The notes beneath the pieces are model-generated. The model saw nothing but the letters and a program-made list of their open reading frames with translations. It was not told where the DNA came from and searched no databases. A stretch of DNA of 64,000 bases, taken from Eledone cirrhosa (taxonomy: Eukaryota). The stretch's first letter is position 1, and every line of letters begins with the position of its first letter. Positions 13,081 through 28,362 of the stretch are shown one piece after another. Made by a program: the position numbers and the translations under genes. The stretch is taken from positions 17,360,001 to 17,424,000 of the forward strand of contig OZ024756.1 in the NCBI GenBank assembly GCA_964016885.1, in the 5' to 3' direction.

Positions 13081-14460
13081 AGAGACACAGTGTCAGTCTT
13101 GTCACACATAGAGACACAGTGTCAGTCTTGTCACACACAGAGACACAGTGTCAGTCTTGTCACACACAGAGAGACACAGTGTCAGTCTTGTCACACACAC
13201 AGACACAGTGTCAGTCTTGTCACACACAGAGACACAGTGTCAGTCTTGTCACACACACAGACACAGTGTCAGTCTTGTCACACACAGAGACACAGTGTCA
13301 GTCTTGTCACACACAGAGACACAGTGTCAGTCTTGTCACACACACAGACACAGTGTCAGCCTTGTCACACATAGAGACACAGTGTCAGTCTTGCCACACA
13401 CAGGGACAGTGTCAGCCTTGTCACACACAGAAACACAGTGTCAGTCATGTCACACATAGAGACACAGTATCAGTCTTGTCACACATAGAGACACAGTGTC
13501 AGTCTTGTCACACACAGAGACACAGTATCAGTCTTGTCACACACAGGGACAGTGTCAGTCTTGTCACACACAGAGACACAGTGTCAGTCTTGTCACACAC
13601 ACAGACACAGTGTCAGTCTTGTCACACACAGAGACACAGTGTCAGTCTTGTCACACACACAGACACAGTGTCAGTCTTGTCACACACAGAGACACAGTGT
13701 CAGTCTTGTCACACACAGAGACACAGTGTCAGTCTTGTCACACACACAGACACAGTGTCAGTCTTGTCACACACAGAGACACAGTGTCAGTATTGTCACA
13801 CACAGAGACACAGTGTCAGTCTTGTCACACACACAGACACAGTGTCAGCCTTGTCACACATAGAGACACAGTGTCAGTCTTGTCACACTCAGACACAGTG
13901 TCAGTCTTGTCTCACACAGAGACACAGTGTCAGGCTTGTCACACACAGAAACACAGTGTCAGTCATGTCACACATAGAGACACAGTGTCAGTCTTGTCAC
14001 ACTCAGACACAGTGTCAGTCTTGTCTCACACAGAGACACAGTGTCAGGCTTGTCACACACAGAGACACAGTGTCAGCCTTGTCACACATAGAGACACAGT
14101 GTCAGTCTTGTCACACACAGAGACACAGTGTCAGTCTTGTCACACATAGAGACACAGTGTCAGTCTTGTCACACACAGAGACACAGTGTCAGTCTTGTCA
14201 CACATAGAGTCACAGTGTCAGTCTTGTCACACACAGAGACACAGTGTCAGTCTTGTCACACACAGAGACACAGTGTCAGTCTTGTCACACACAGAGTCAC
14301 AGTGTCAGTCTTGTCACACACAGAGACTCAGTGTCAGTCTTGTCACACACACAGACACAGTGTCAGTCTTGTCACACACACAGGGACAGTGTCAGTCTTG
14401 TCACACACAGAGACACAGTGTCAGTCTTGTCACACACACATACATCGAAACATAGTATCA
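13081..14460. repeat. 29-bp minisatellite (CACAGAGACACAGTGTCAGTCTTGTCACA)n
   Basis: Roughly 47 highly similar units bounded by (CA)n/(TA)n tracts. Confidence 0.97.
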
Positions 14461-14502
14461 GTCTTATCACACACGCAAACACTCACACGCAAACACTCAC
14501 AT

Positions 14503-14577
<75 letters not shown>

Positions 14578-14593
14578 GACAGACAGACAGACA

Positions 14594-14659
<66 letters not shown>

Positions 14660-15150
14660 GAGTGTCATTCTGATTTCACACACACAGAAACACACACACA
14701 CACAGAAAGTGTCATGCTGATTCTACTGAAAGATTACGTTAAGTACATAAAGATTTACGGAATACTCAGCCATTTATACTGTATAATTCACTGTGTAAGT
14801 AGTTCCATTGATGAAGCAACAGTAAACGGCGAAAAACGACGAATAACGATAGAAGTGTTCGGAAAACGTGCTGTAGTGAGCACGTGTGCACATGTGTGTG
14901 TATGTATGTATGGCTACGTGTGTAAGAGTATGTATGTATATATGCATGCATGCACGCGCACGTGTATGTGTGAGTGTGTGTGTGAGTGGATATGGGTGTT
15001 TTCAGTTATATGTGTGCATGTGCATATGTTTTGTTTATGCACATGCAGTCGTTACGTGCAGCATTTTTGGATTGTTTTACATATTTTTACTGTTTCATTA
15101 ATGTATGTGTATGTATGTATGTGTATATATGTATGCATGTATACGTATGC

Positions 15151-15221
<71 letters not shown>

Positions 15222-15223
<2 letters not shown>

Positions 15224-15407
15224 CGAAGGAGTTGTGTTAAGGAACCAGATGGACCATAACGCACCAGAGTACTCAATACTTAGAGTAGTAGAGTGGGTAA
15301 TAGGAAAATGTATGACCCCGACGGCAGAGCTCAAGCCATTTCGACGGCTATTTCCCGAAATAGCCGTCGAAACGGCTTGAGCTCTGCCGTCGGGGTCATA
15401 CATTTTC
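15222..15407. repeat. (TA)n-embedded repeat with terminal ~104-nt palindrome
   Basis: 15304-15407 is an inverted repeat with ~51-bp arms and one mismatch. A related copy lacking the left arm is at 34325-34460. Confidence 0.85.
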
Positions 15408-15430
15408 ACATATATATATATATATGCATG

Positions 15431-15462
<32 letters not shown>

Positions 15463-16236
15463 TGTATGTATGTATGTATGTATGTATGTATGCATATATG
15501 TATGTATGCATATGTATACATGCATGGCCTCCAAAAGAAATTTTGCAAGGCGGTACAAGATCCCTTTGGGGCCTGAAGCAGCGAAAGATTTTTCTCAAAA
15601 TGGATGTTGCATGGTTGCTGTGGGGCCTTCTTAGCTCTTGGTAATATGTAAATATAATGTGCCTGAAAATGTGTGTGAATGTACACGTGTTGTGTGTGAG
15701 GTTACACACGCATGAGTACTTATGTATGCTTATGTACGTGTGTGTGTGTGTGTTAAAATCCCTCCCTCCCATTTTACAATCAATCATATGAGTGTGGGGA
15801 TGGTAAAATCGATATGCCAATGAATGGTCGGAATAAATATTGAGAAATTCATTGAGAAATGTGGTTGTATCGATAAACTAAGAGTGTGGGTGTGTGACAG
15901 CTTTATTGTTGTGTGTGTATAAATATATACAGTTATGTAACAACTGTTATGATATAACGTCTGCCATTTCACTAAAGCAGACGACAACGCTCTCTCTCTC
16001 TCGCACTCGAAAGAAATTGAGACGCCCCACCACCACTTAGAAAAACAGATCCCCCCCTCCAACCACACCGCCACTATCAACACCACTACATCAACCATAG
16101 AGAGAGAAAGAGACGCTCCACCACCACTCCTACTGCCGCCAACACCACCACCGCTAACACCATTACTACTATTACCACCACCACTACTACCGCCAACACC
16201 ACCACCGCTAACACCATTACTACTATTACCACCACC

Positions 16237-16282
<46 letters not shown>

Positions 16283-16300
16283 GTGCTACTACTACTACTG

Positions 16301-16357
<57 letters not shown>

Positions 16358-16848
16358 TCACTGCTCCTTTCAGTACATAATATAAATGTTTGACACTCAA
16401 ACCACACATGCTCAGTCTGTCTGACTCTCTTTCTCCCCCTCTCTCTCTTTTCCTATCTCTCTCTTACTCTCTCTTTCTCTCCTTGTTTCATTCATCACCA
16501 TATTCATTCATCTTATCCATGTATTCAGCTTACACACCCACACATAGAAAGTCGTATATACGCACTTACATCCTATCACACACACACAAACATAAACGCT
16601 CACTCAAACACCAACACACTCTACTAACACACACACATACACACACACATATACAGACACTGACGCATAGATACACACACACAGACTCACACATTTTCAC
16701 ACAGACATGACACACTGACATACACACACACACTACTCTATCCTAATCGAAATATATGTCGTAGATCTGTTCAAACACGAATGGCCTAGGGTTAAACAAC
16801 AACCATAGACCTGGTATATTAGTTTGGAACATGATTGACCTAAGGTTA

Positions 16849-19800
16849 AACAACGACAACAACAACAGCAATAATAACAATAACAGTAACAACAATAATA
16901 ACAGTAACAGCAACAATAACAGTAACAGCAACAATAACAGTAACAGCAATAATAACAGTAACAACAATAACAGTAACAGCAACAATAACAGTAACAGCAA
17001 CAATAACAGTAACAGCAACAATAACAGTAACAGCAATAATAACAGTAACAGCAATAATAACAGTAACAGCAACAATAACAGTAACAGCAACAATAACAGT
17101 AACAGCAATAATAACAGTAACAGCAACAATAACAGTAACAGCAATAATAACAGTAACAGCAATAATAACAGTAACAACAATAATAACAGTAACAGCAATA
17201 ATAACAGTAACAGCAACAATAACAGTAACAGCAATAATAACAGTAACAGCAATAATAACAGTAACAGCAACAATAACAGTAACAGCAATAATAACAGTAA
17301 CAGCAATAATAACAGTAACAGCAACAATAACAGTAACAGCAACAATAACAGTAACAGCAATAATAACAGTAACAGCAACAATAACAGTAACAGCAATAAT
17401 AACAGTAACAGCAATAATAACAGTAACAACAATAATAACAGTAACAGCAATAATAACAGTAACAGCAACAATAACAGTAACAGCAATAATAACAGTAACA
17501 GCAATAATAACAGTAACAGCAACAATAACAGTAACAGCAACAATAACAGTAACAGCAATAATAACAGTAACAGCAATAATAACAGTAACAGCAACAATAA
17601 CAGTAACAGCAACAATAACAGTAACAGCAATAATAACAGTAACAGCAACAATAACAGTAACAGCAACAATAACAGTAACAGCAATAATAACAGTAACAGC
17701 AATAATAACAGTAACAACAATAACAGTAACAGCAACAATAACAGTAACAGCAACAATAACAGTAACAGCAATAATAACAGTAACAACAATAACAGTAACA
17801 ACAACAATAACAGTAACAGTAACAATAACAGTAACAGCAACAATAACAGTAACAACAATAACAGTAACAGCAACAATAACAGTAACAGCAACAACAACAG
17901 TAACAGCAACAATAACAGTAACAGCAACAATAACAGTAACAGCAATAATAACAGTAACAACAACAACAGTAACAGCAACAATAACAGTAACAGCAACAAT
18001 AACAGTAACAGCAACAATAACAGTAACAGCAACAATAACAGTAACAGCAATAATAGCAGTAACAGCAACAATGACAGTAACAGCAACAATAACAGTAACA
18101 GCAATAATAACAGTAACAGCAACAATAACAGTAACAGAAACAATAACAGTAACAGCAACAATAACAGTAACAGCAACAATAACAGTAACAGCAACAACAA
18201 CAGTAACAGCAATAATAACAGTAACAACAACAACAACAGTAACAGCAACAATAACAGTAAGAACAACAACAACAGAAACAGCAACAATAACAGTAACACC
18301 AACAATAACAGTAACAGCAACAATAACAGTAACAGCAACAACAGTAACAACAATAACAGTAACAGCAATAATAACAGTAACAGCAACAACAACAGTAACA
18401 ACAACAACAACAGTAACAGCAACAATAACAGTAACAGCAACAATAACAGTAACAGCAACAATAACAGTAACAACAACAACAGTAACAACAACAACAACAA
18501 CAATAACAGCAACAATAACAGTAACAGCAACAATAACAGTAACAGCAACAATAACAGTAACAACAACAATAACAGTAACAGCAACAATAACAATAACAGT
18601 AACAACAACAATAACAGTAACAGCAACAATAACAATAACAGTAACAGCAACAATAACAGTAACAGCAAAAATAACAGTAACAACAACAACAACAACAGTA
18701 ACAGCAACAATAACAGTAACAACAACAATAACGACAACAACAACAGTAACAGCAACAGTAACAGTAACAGCAACAATAACAGAAACAGCAACAATAACAG
18801 TAACAGCAACAACAACAGTAACAACAATAACAGTAACAACAACAATAACAGTAACAACAACAACAGTAACAGCAACAATAACAGTAACAGCAACAATAAC
18901 AGTAACAACAACAACAGTAACAGCAACAATAACAGTAACAGCAACAATAACAGTAACAACAATAACAGTAACAGCAACAATAACAGTAACAGCAACAATA
19001 ACAGTAACAACAACAACAGTAACAGCAACAACAACAGTAACAACAACAATAACAGTGACAGCAACAATAACAGTAACAGCAACAATAACAGTAACAACAA
19101 CAACAACAGTAACAACAACAACAACAACAAAAACAGCAACAATAACAGTAACAACAACAATAACAGTAACAGCAACAATAACAGTAACAGCAACAATAAC
19201 AGTAACAACAACAACAACAACAGTAACAGCAACAATAACAGTAACAACAACAATAACAGTAACAATAACAACAACAGTAACAGCAACAATAACAGAAACA
19301 GCAACAATAACAGTAACAGCAACAATAACAGTAACAACAACAACAACAGTAACAGCAACAATAACAGAAACAGCAACAATAACAGTAACAGCAACAACAA
19401 CAGTAACAGTAACAATAATAGTAACAGCAACAATAACAGTAACAGCAACAACAACAGTAACAGCTACAATAACAGTAACAGCAACAATAACAGTAACAAC
19501 AACAATAACAGTAACAGCAACAATAACAGTAACAGCAACAACAACAGTAACAGCAACAATAACAGTAACAGCTACAGTAACAGTAACAGCAACAATAACA
19601 GTAACAGCAACAATAACAGTAACAGCAATAACAGTAACAGCAACAACAACAGTAACAGCTACAGTAACAGTAACAGCAACAATAACAGTAACAGCAACAG
19701 TAACAGTAACAGCAACAACAACAGTAACAGCAACAATAACAGTAACAGCAATAACAGTAACAGCAACAACAACAGTAACAGCTACAGTAACAGTAACAGC

Positions 19801-22800
19801 AACAATAACAGTAACAGCTACAGTAACAGTAACAGCAACAACAACAGTAACAGCAACAATAACAGTAACAGCTACAGTAACAGTAACAGCAACAACAACA
19901 GTAACAGCAACAATAACAGTAACAGCTACAGTAACAGTAACAGCAACAATAACAGTAACAGCAACAATAACAGTAACAGCAATAATAGTAACAGCAACAA
20001 CAACAGTAACAGCTACAGTAACAGTAACAGCAACAATAACAGTAACAGCTACAGTAACAGTAACAGCAACAATAACAGTAACAGCAACAATAACAGTAAC
20101 AACAACAACAGTAACAGCAACAATAACAGTAACAGCAACAATAACAGTAACAGCAACAATAACAGTAACAGCAACAGTAACAGTAACAGCAACAATAACA
20201 GAAACAGCAACAATAACAGTAACAGCAACAACAACAGTAACAGTAACAATAACAGTAACAGCAACAATAACAGTAACAGCAACAATAACAGTAACAGCAA
20301 CAATAACAGTAACAGTAATAATAACAGTAACAGCAACAATAACAGTAACAGCAACAATAACAGTAGCAACAACAACAGTAACAGCAACAATAACAGTAAC
20401 AGCAACAACAACAGTAACAGCAACAATAACAGCAACAGCAACAATAACAGTAACAGCAACAAGAACAGTAACAGCAACAATAACAGTAACAGCAACAATA
20501 ACAGTAACAACAACAACAACAGTAACAGCAACAGTAACAGTAACAGCAACAATAACAGAAACAGCAACAATAACAGAAACAGCAACAATAACAGTAACAG
20601 CAACAATAACAGTAACAGCAACAACAACAGTAACAGTAACAATAACAGTAACTGCAACAATAACAGTAACAGCAACAATAACAGTAACAGCAACAACAAC
20701 AGTAACAGCAACAATAACAGTAACAGCAACAATAACAGTAACAACAACAACAACAGTAACAGCAACAGTAACAGTAACAGCAACAATAACAGTAACAGCA
20801 ACAATAACAGTAACAGCAACAATAACAGAAACAGCAACAATAACAGTAACAGCAACAATAACAGTAACAGCAACAACAACAGTAACAGTAACAATAACAG
20901 TAACTGCAACAATAACAGTAACAGCAACAATAACAGTAACAGCAACAACAACAGTAACAGCAACAATAACAGTAACAGCAACAATAACAGTAACAACAAC
21001 AACAACAGTAACAGCAACAGTAACAGTAACAGCAACAATAACAGAAACATCAACAATAACAGAAACAGCAACAATAACAGTAACAGCAACAATAACAGTA
21101 ACAGCAACAACAACAGTAACAGCAACAATAACAGTAACAGCAACAATAACAGTAACAGCAACAACAACAGTAACAGCAACAATAACAGTAACAGCAACAA
21201 CAACAATAACAGCAACAATAACAGTAACAGCAACAACAACAGTAACAGCAACAATAACAGTAACAGCAACAACAACAGTAACAGTAACAATAACAGTAAC
21301 AGCAACAACAACAATAACAGCAACAATAACAGTAACAGCAACAACAACAGTAACAGCAACAATAACAGTAACAGCAACAACAACAGTAATAGCAACAATA
21401 ACAGTAACAGCAACAATAACAGTAACAGCAACAACAGTAACAACAACAATAACAGTAACAGGAACAATAACAGTAACAGCAACAACGACAGTAACAGCAA
21501 CAATAACAGTAACAGCAACAACAGTAACAACAACAATAACAGTAACAGCAACAATAACAGTAACAGCAACAATAACAGTAACAGCAACAACAGTAACAGC
21601 AACAATAACAGTAACAACAACAACAGTAACATCAACAATAACAGTAACAGGAACAACAACAGTAACAGCAACAATAACAGTAACAGCAACAATAACAGTA
21701 ACAACAACAACAGTAACAGCAACAATAACAGTAACAGGAACAACAACAGTAACAGCAACAACAACAGTAACAGCAACAATAACAGTAACAGGAACAACAA
21801 CAGTAACAGCAACAATAACAGTAACAGGAACAACAACAGTAACAACAACAACAGTAACAACAACAACAGCAACAATAACAGTAACAGCAACAATAACAGT
21901 AACAGCAACAATAACAATAACAGTAACAACAACAATAACAGTAACAGCAACAATAACAATAACAGTAACAACAACAATAACAGTAACAGCAACAATAACA
22001 ATAACAGTAACAGCAACAATAACAGTAACAGCAAAAATAACAGTAACAACAACAATAACGACAACAACAACAGTAACAGCAACAGTAACAGTAACAGCAA
22101 CAATAACAGAAACAGCAACAATAACAGTAACAGCAACAACAACAGTAACAACAATAACAGTAACAACAACAATAACAGTAACAACAACAACAGTAACAGC
22201 AACAATAACAGTAACAGCAACAATAACAGTAACAACAACAACAGTAACAGCAACAATAACAGTAACAGCAACAATAACAGTAACAACAATAACAGTAACA
22301 GCAACAATAACAGTAACAGCAACAATAACAGTAACAACAACAACAACAGTAACAGCAACAACAACAGTAACAACAACAATAACAGTGACAGCAACAATAA
22401 CAGTAACAGCAACAATAACAGTAACAACAACAACAACAGTAACAACAACAACAACAATAAAAACAGCAACAATAACAGTAACAACAACAATAACAGTAAC
22501 AGCAACAATAACAGTAACAGCAACAATAACAGTAACAACAACAACAACAACAGTAACAGCAACAATAACAGTAACAACAACAATAACAGTAACAATAACA
22601 ACAACAGTAACAGCAACAATAACAGAAACAGCAACAATAACAGTAACAGCAACAATAACAGTAACAACAACAACAGTAACAGCAACAGTAACAGTAACAG
22701 CAACAATAACAGAAACAACAACAATAACAGTAACAGCAACAACAACAGTAACAACAACAACAACAGTAACAGTAACAATAATAGTAACAGCAACAATAAC

Positions 22801-25800
22801 AGTAACAGCAACAACAACAGTAACAGCTACAATAACAGTAACAGCAACAATAACAGTAACAGCAACAACAACAGTAACAGCTACAATAACAGTAACAGCT
22901 ACAATAACAGTAACAGCAACAATAACAGTAACAACAACAATAACAGTAACAACAACAATAACAGTAACAGCAACAATAACAGTAACAGCAACAACAACAG
23001 TAACAGCTACAGTAACAGTAACAGCAACAATAACAGTAACAGCAACAACAACAGTAACAGCAACAATAACAGTAACAGCAACAATAACAGTAACAGCAAC
23101 GATAACAGTAACAGTAACAGCAACAATAACAGTAACAGCAACGATAACAGTAACAGCAACAACAACAGTAACAACAACAATAACAGTAACAGCAACAATA
23201 ACAGTAACAGCAACAACAACAGTAACAGCAACAATAACAGTAACAGCAACAATAACAGTAACAGCAACAATAACAGTAACAGCAACAATAACAGTAACAG
23301 CAACAACAACAGTAACAGTAACAATAACAGTAACAGCAACAATAACAGTAACAGCAACAATAACAGTAACAGCAACAACAACAGTAACAGTAACAATAAC
23401 AGTAACAGCAACAATAACAGTAACAACAACAACAACAGTAACAGCAACAATAACAGAAACAGCAACAATAACAGAAACAGCAACAATAACAGTAACAGCA
23501 ACAATAACAGTAACAGTAACAATAACAGTAACAACAACAACAACAGTAACAGCAACAATAACAGAAACAGCAACAATAACAGTAACAACAACAACAACAG
23601 TAACAGCAACAATAACAGAAACAGCAACAATAACAGTAACAGCAACAATAACAGTAGCAGCAACAATAACAGTAACAGCAACAATAACAGTAACAGTAAC
23701 AATAACAGTAACAGCAACAACAACAATAACAGCAACAATAACAGTAACAGCAACAACAACAGTAACAGCAACAATAACAGTAACAGCAACAATAACAGTA
23801 ACAGCAACAATAACAGTAACAGCAACGATAACAGTAACAGCAACAACAACAGTAACAACAACAATAACAGTAACAGCAACAATAACAGTAACAGCAACAA
23901 CAACAGTAACAGCAACAATAACAGTAACAGCAACAATAACAGTAACAGCAACAATAACAGTAACAGCAACAATAACAGTAACAGCAACAACAACAGTAAC
24001 AGTAACAATAACAGTAACAGCAACAATAACAGTAACAGCAACAATAACAGTAACAGCAACAACAACAGTAACAGTAACAATAACAGTAACAGCAACAATA
24101 ACAGTAACAACAACAACAACAGTAACAGCAACAATAACAGAAACAGCAACAATAACAGAAACAGCAACAATAACAGTAACAGCAACAATAACAGTAACAG
24201 TAACAATAACAGTAACAACAACAACAACAGTAACAGCAACAATAACAGAAACAGCAACAATAACAGTAACAACAACAACAACAGTAACAGCAACAATAAC
24301 AGAAACAGCAACAATAACAGTAACAGCAACAATAACAGTAACAGCAACAATAACAGTAACAGCAACAATAACAGTAACAGTAACAATAACAGTAACAGCA
24401 ACAACAACAATAACAGCAACAATAACAGTAACAGCAACAACAACAGTAACAGCAACAATAACAGTAACAGCAACAATAACAGTAACAGCAACAATAACAG
24501 TAACAACAACAATAACAGTAACAGCAACAATAACAGTAACAGCAACAATAACAGTAACAGCAACAATAACAGTAACAACAACAATAACAGTAACAGCAAC
24601 AATAACAGTAACAGCAACAATAACAGTAACAGCAACAATAACAGTAACAACAAGAATAACAGTAACAGCAACAACAACAGTAACAGCAACAACAACAGTA
24701 ACAGTAACAATAACAGTAACAGCAACAATAACAGTAACAGCAACAATAACAGTAACAGCAACAATAACAGTAACAGTAACAATAACAGTAACAGCAACAA
24801 CAACAATAACAGCAACAATAACAGTAACAGCAACAACAACAGTAACAGCAACAATAACAGTAACAGCAACAACAACAGTAACAGCAACAATAACAGTAAC
24901 AGCAACAACAACAGTAACAGCAACAATAACAGTAACAGCAACAATAACAGTAACAGCAACAATAACAGTAACAGCAACAACAGTAACAACAACAATAACA
25001 GTAACAGCAACAACAGTAACAGCAACAATAACAGTAACAGCAACAACAGTAACAACAACAATAACAGTAACAGCAACAATAACAGTAACAGGAACAATAA
25101 CAGTAACAGCAACAATAACAGTAACAGCAACAACAGTAACAACAACAATAACAGTAACAGGAACAATAACAGTAACAGCAACAACAACAGTAACAGCAAC
25201 AATAACAGTAACAGCAACAACAATAACAACAATAACAGTAACAGCAACAATAACAGTAACAGCAACAATAACAGTAACAGCAACAATAACAGTAACAGCA
25301 ACAACAGTAACAGCAACAATAACAGTAACAACAACAACAACAGTAACAGCAACAATAACAGTAACAGGAACAACAACAGTAACAGCAACAATAACAGTAA
25401 CAGCAACAATAACAGTAACAGCAACAACAACAGTAACAGCAACAATAACAGTAACAGGAACAACAACAGTAACAACAACAATAACAGTAACAGCAACAAT
25501 AACAGTAACAGCAACAATAACAGCAACAGCAACAATAACAACAGTAACAGCAACAGTAACAGTAACAGCAACAATAACAGTAACAGCAACAATAACAGTA
25601 ACAGCAACAACAACAGTAACAACAACAATAACAGTAACAGCAACAACAACAGTAACAACAACAATAACAGTAACAGCAACAATAACAGTAACAGCAACAA
25701 TAACAGTAACAGCAACAATAACAGTAACAGCAACAACAACAGTAACAGCAACAACAACAGTAACAACAACAACAGTAACAGCAACAATAACAATAACAGC

Positions 25801-26712
25801 AACAACAACAGTAACAGCAGCAGTAACAGTAACAGCAACAATAACAGTAACAGCAGCAGTAACAGTAACAGCAACAATAACATTAACAGCAGCAGTAACA
25901 GTAACAGCAACAACAACAGTAACAGCAACAACAACAGTAACAACAACAACAGTAACAGCAACAATAACAATAACAGCAACAACAACAGTAACAGCAACAA
26001 TAACAATAACAGCAACAACAACAGTAACAGCAGCAGTAACAGTAACAGCAACAATAACAGTAACAGCAACAACAACAGTAACAGCAACAACAACAGTAAC
26101 AGCAACAATAACAGTAACAGCAACAACAACAGTAACAACAATAACAGTAACAGCAACAATAACAGTAACAGCAACAACAACAGTAACAGCAACAACAACA
26201 GTAACAACAATAACAGAAACAGCAACAACAACAGTAACAGCAACAACAACAGTAACAACAATAACAGTAACAGCAACAATAACAGTAACAGCAACAATAA
26301 CAGTAACAGCAATAACAGCAACAATAACAGTAACAGCAACAATAACAGTAACAGCAATAACAGCAACAGCAACACAACAGTAACAACAATAACAGTAACA
26401 GCAACAAAAACAGTAACAGCAACAACAGTAACAGCAACAACAACAGTAACAGCAACAATAACAGTAACAGCAACAACAACAGTAACAACAATAACAGTAA
26501 CAGCAACAATAACAGTAACAGCAACAATAACAGTAACAGCAACAACAGTAACAGCAACAACAACAGTAACCACAACAATAACAGTAACAGCAACAACAAC
26601 AGTAACAGCAACAATAACAGTAACAGCAACAACAACAGTAACAGCAACAATAACACTAACAGTAACAATAACAGTAACAGCAATAACAGTAACAGCAACA
26701 ACAGCAGCAGCA
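16849..26712. repeat. ~9.9 kb satellite of 18-bp unit AACAGTAACAGCAACAAT with higher-order duplications
   Basis: Direct inspection. Diagnostic variants recur as blocks (e.g. ~18560-19340 vs ~21900-22660; ~23140-23820 vs ~23820-24500). Confidence 0.97.
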
Positions 26713-26869
26713 GGTATAAATGTTTCGTTCAAAATTAGTGAGAAATATAATATTTATGACCAAGAATTGAAAACCTTAAAAGTTCTCGACACTGATAATC
26801 TATATATAAATTTAAGCGACTTCCGTTCGCCCGTCACACAGTGTGTGTGTAAAAGGAAGGAAGGGGATG

Positions 26870-27155
26870 GTGAAAAAAAAACTGTAGCAAAACAGCGGCT
26901 GACGTTCCATTTGCTATGCTGTGTGTGCATGTGTATGTGTGTGCAAAAGGAAGGAAGGGGCTCGTGTGTGTGTATAAAAGGAAGGGGCTCGTGAAAAAAC
27001 TATAGCAAAACAGCGGCTGACGTTCCATTTGCTATGCTGTGTGTGCATGTGTATGTGTGTGCAAAAGGAAGGAAGGGGCTCGTGTGTGTGTATAAAAGGA
27101 AGGGGCTCGTGAAAAAACTATAGCGAAACAGCGACTTGCGTTCCATTTGCTACAC
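26870..27155. repeat. 118-bp tandem repeat (~2.4 copies)
   Basis: GC(A/G)AAACAGCG at 26887, 27005, 27123. Followed by a GT-rich degenerate satellite to ~27780. Confidence 0.85.
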
Positions 27156-27821
27156 TGTGTGTGAGTGTATGTGTATGTTTGTGTGAGTGTATGTGTTTGT
27201 TTGTGTAAATGTATATGTGTGTTTGTGTAAATGTATGTGTGTGTTTGTGTGAATGAATGTGTGCGTTTATGTGAATGAATGTGTGAGTTTGTTTGAAAGT
27301 ATGTGTGTGTGTTTGCGTGAAAGTATGTGCGTGTTTGTGTGAAAGTACGTGTGTGTTTGTGTGAATGAATGTGTGAGTTTGTGTGAATGAATGTGTGTGT
27401 TTGTGTGAAAGTATGTGTGTGTTTGTGTGAATGAATGTGTGTGTGTTTGTGTGAAAGTGTGTGTGTTTGTGTGAATGAACGTGTGTGTGTTTGTGTAAAT
27501 GTATGTGTGTGTTTGTGTGAATGAATGTGTGAGTTTGTGTAAATGTATGTGTGTGTTTGTGTGAATGAATGTGTGAGTTTGTGTGAATGAATGTGTGAGT
27601 TTGTGCGAATGAATGTGTGTGTTTGTGTGAAAGTGTGTGTGTTTGTGTGAATGAATGTGTGTGTGCTTGTGTAAATGTATGTGTGAGTTTGTGTGAATGA
27701 ATGTGTGAGTTTGTGTGAATGAATGTGTCTGTTTATGTGAATGAATGTGTGTGTTTGTGTGATTGTATGCCTGAGTGTGTATTTTTGCAAGTGTGTCTAA
27801 TTCGCAAGTGTGTCTAATTTG

Positions 27822-28362
27822 CAATCTGGTCTCTGTAAGCTTTGCGCGCCAGGAAAGACGCGTTCAGCTTCCAGTAACCAGGTCCTTGCCTATGAAGTGT
27901 ATCTAAGTCGACTTCTCAGATCACAAATTTGTGGTCCGAGTAGCCGACTACTTTAAATTGTGGACAACCTACGTTAGCCTTATCTGTTTCCCTACACAAT
28001 ACCCTATCTAGATACGATCTGCATGACCCGATGCGGTTTGCCCATGTCCACATTGGCACATTCGGATAATCCAGTCTATACCTGTCAGACAGTTCAAAAC
28101 GTCCGAGCAGGTTGTTGAGGTTTTTACACTCTCCTGCCCTGTCTACTAGCCCCACATAATCCCGGCGTGCATCTAAGATACCGTTCCAGTCGCCCACTAA
28201 CACTAAAGAGCGGGACGGTCCAAGAAAGGTCTCTAGATGTCTGAAGAAATCTGGCCGTCCTGCCCCTGTTGGGGCGTAGACGGCTACTAGCCTGAAAGCA
28301 TTGTCTTCGCTGCCGGTCACGTCCAGCACCACCGACTTACCTTCTGGGTCCAGGAAGATGTG
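27822..28362 (-). mobile_element. Tx1/L1-clade AP-endonuclease fragment
   Basis: FRLVAVYAP...LVLVGDWN...WTW...SYLDRVL...YSDHKFVI*...GPGYWKLNAS. One in-frame stop; N-terminus missing. Confidence 0.9.

Noticed and set aside
13081-14460. CRISPR-like array or RAG RSS array (CACAGTG in every unit); apparent CxxCH repeats in translation
   Set aside because: No unique spacers, no ACAAAAACC nonamer at 12/23 spacing, and the 29-bp period shifts frame each unit. A simple CA-derived minisatellite.
14720-16130. Candidate exons in unique islands (14732-14793 +, 14770-14870 -, 15950-16130) and at 4290-4560; possible FDXACB1/ALG9 neighbours as in the human locus
   Set aside because: Splice-like signals exist but no translation resembled a family I recognise and no consistent exon chain could be built.
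16743-26994. Giant ORFs (3387 aa N/S, 2770 aa T/V/A, poly-Leu) as mucin-, antifreeze- or prion-like proteins
   Set aside because: Several frames on both strands are open simultaneously, as expected for a triplet repeat lacking near-stop codons. No signal peptide, domain or splice structure supports coding.
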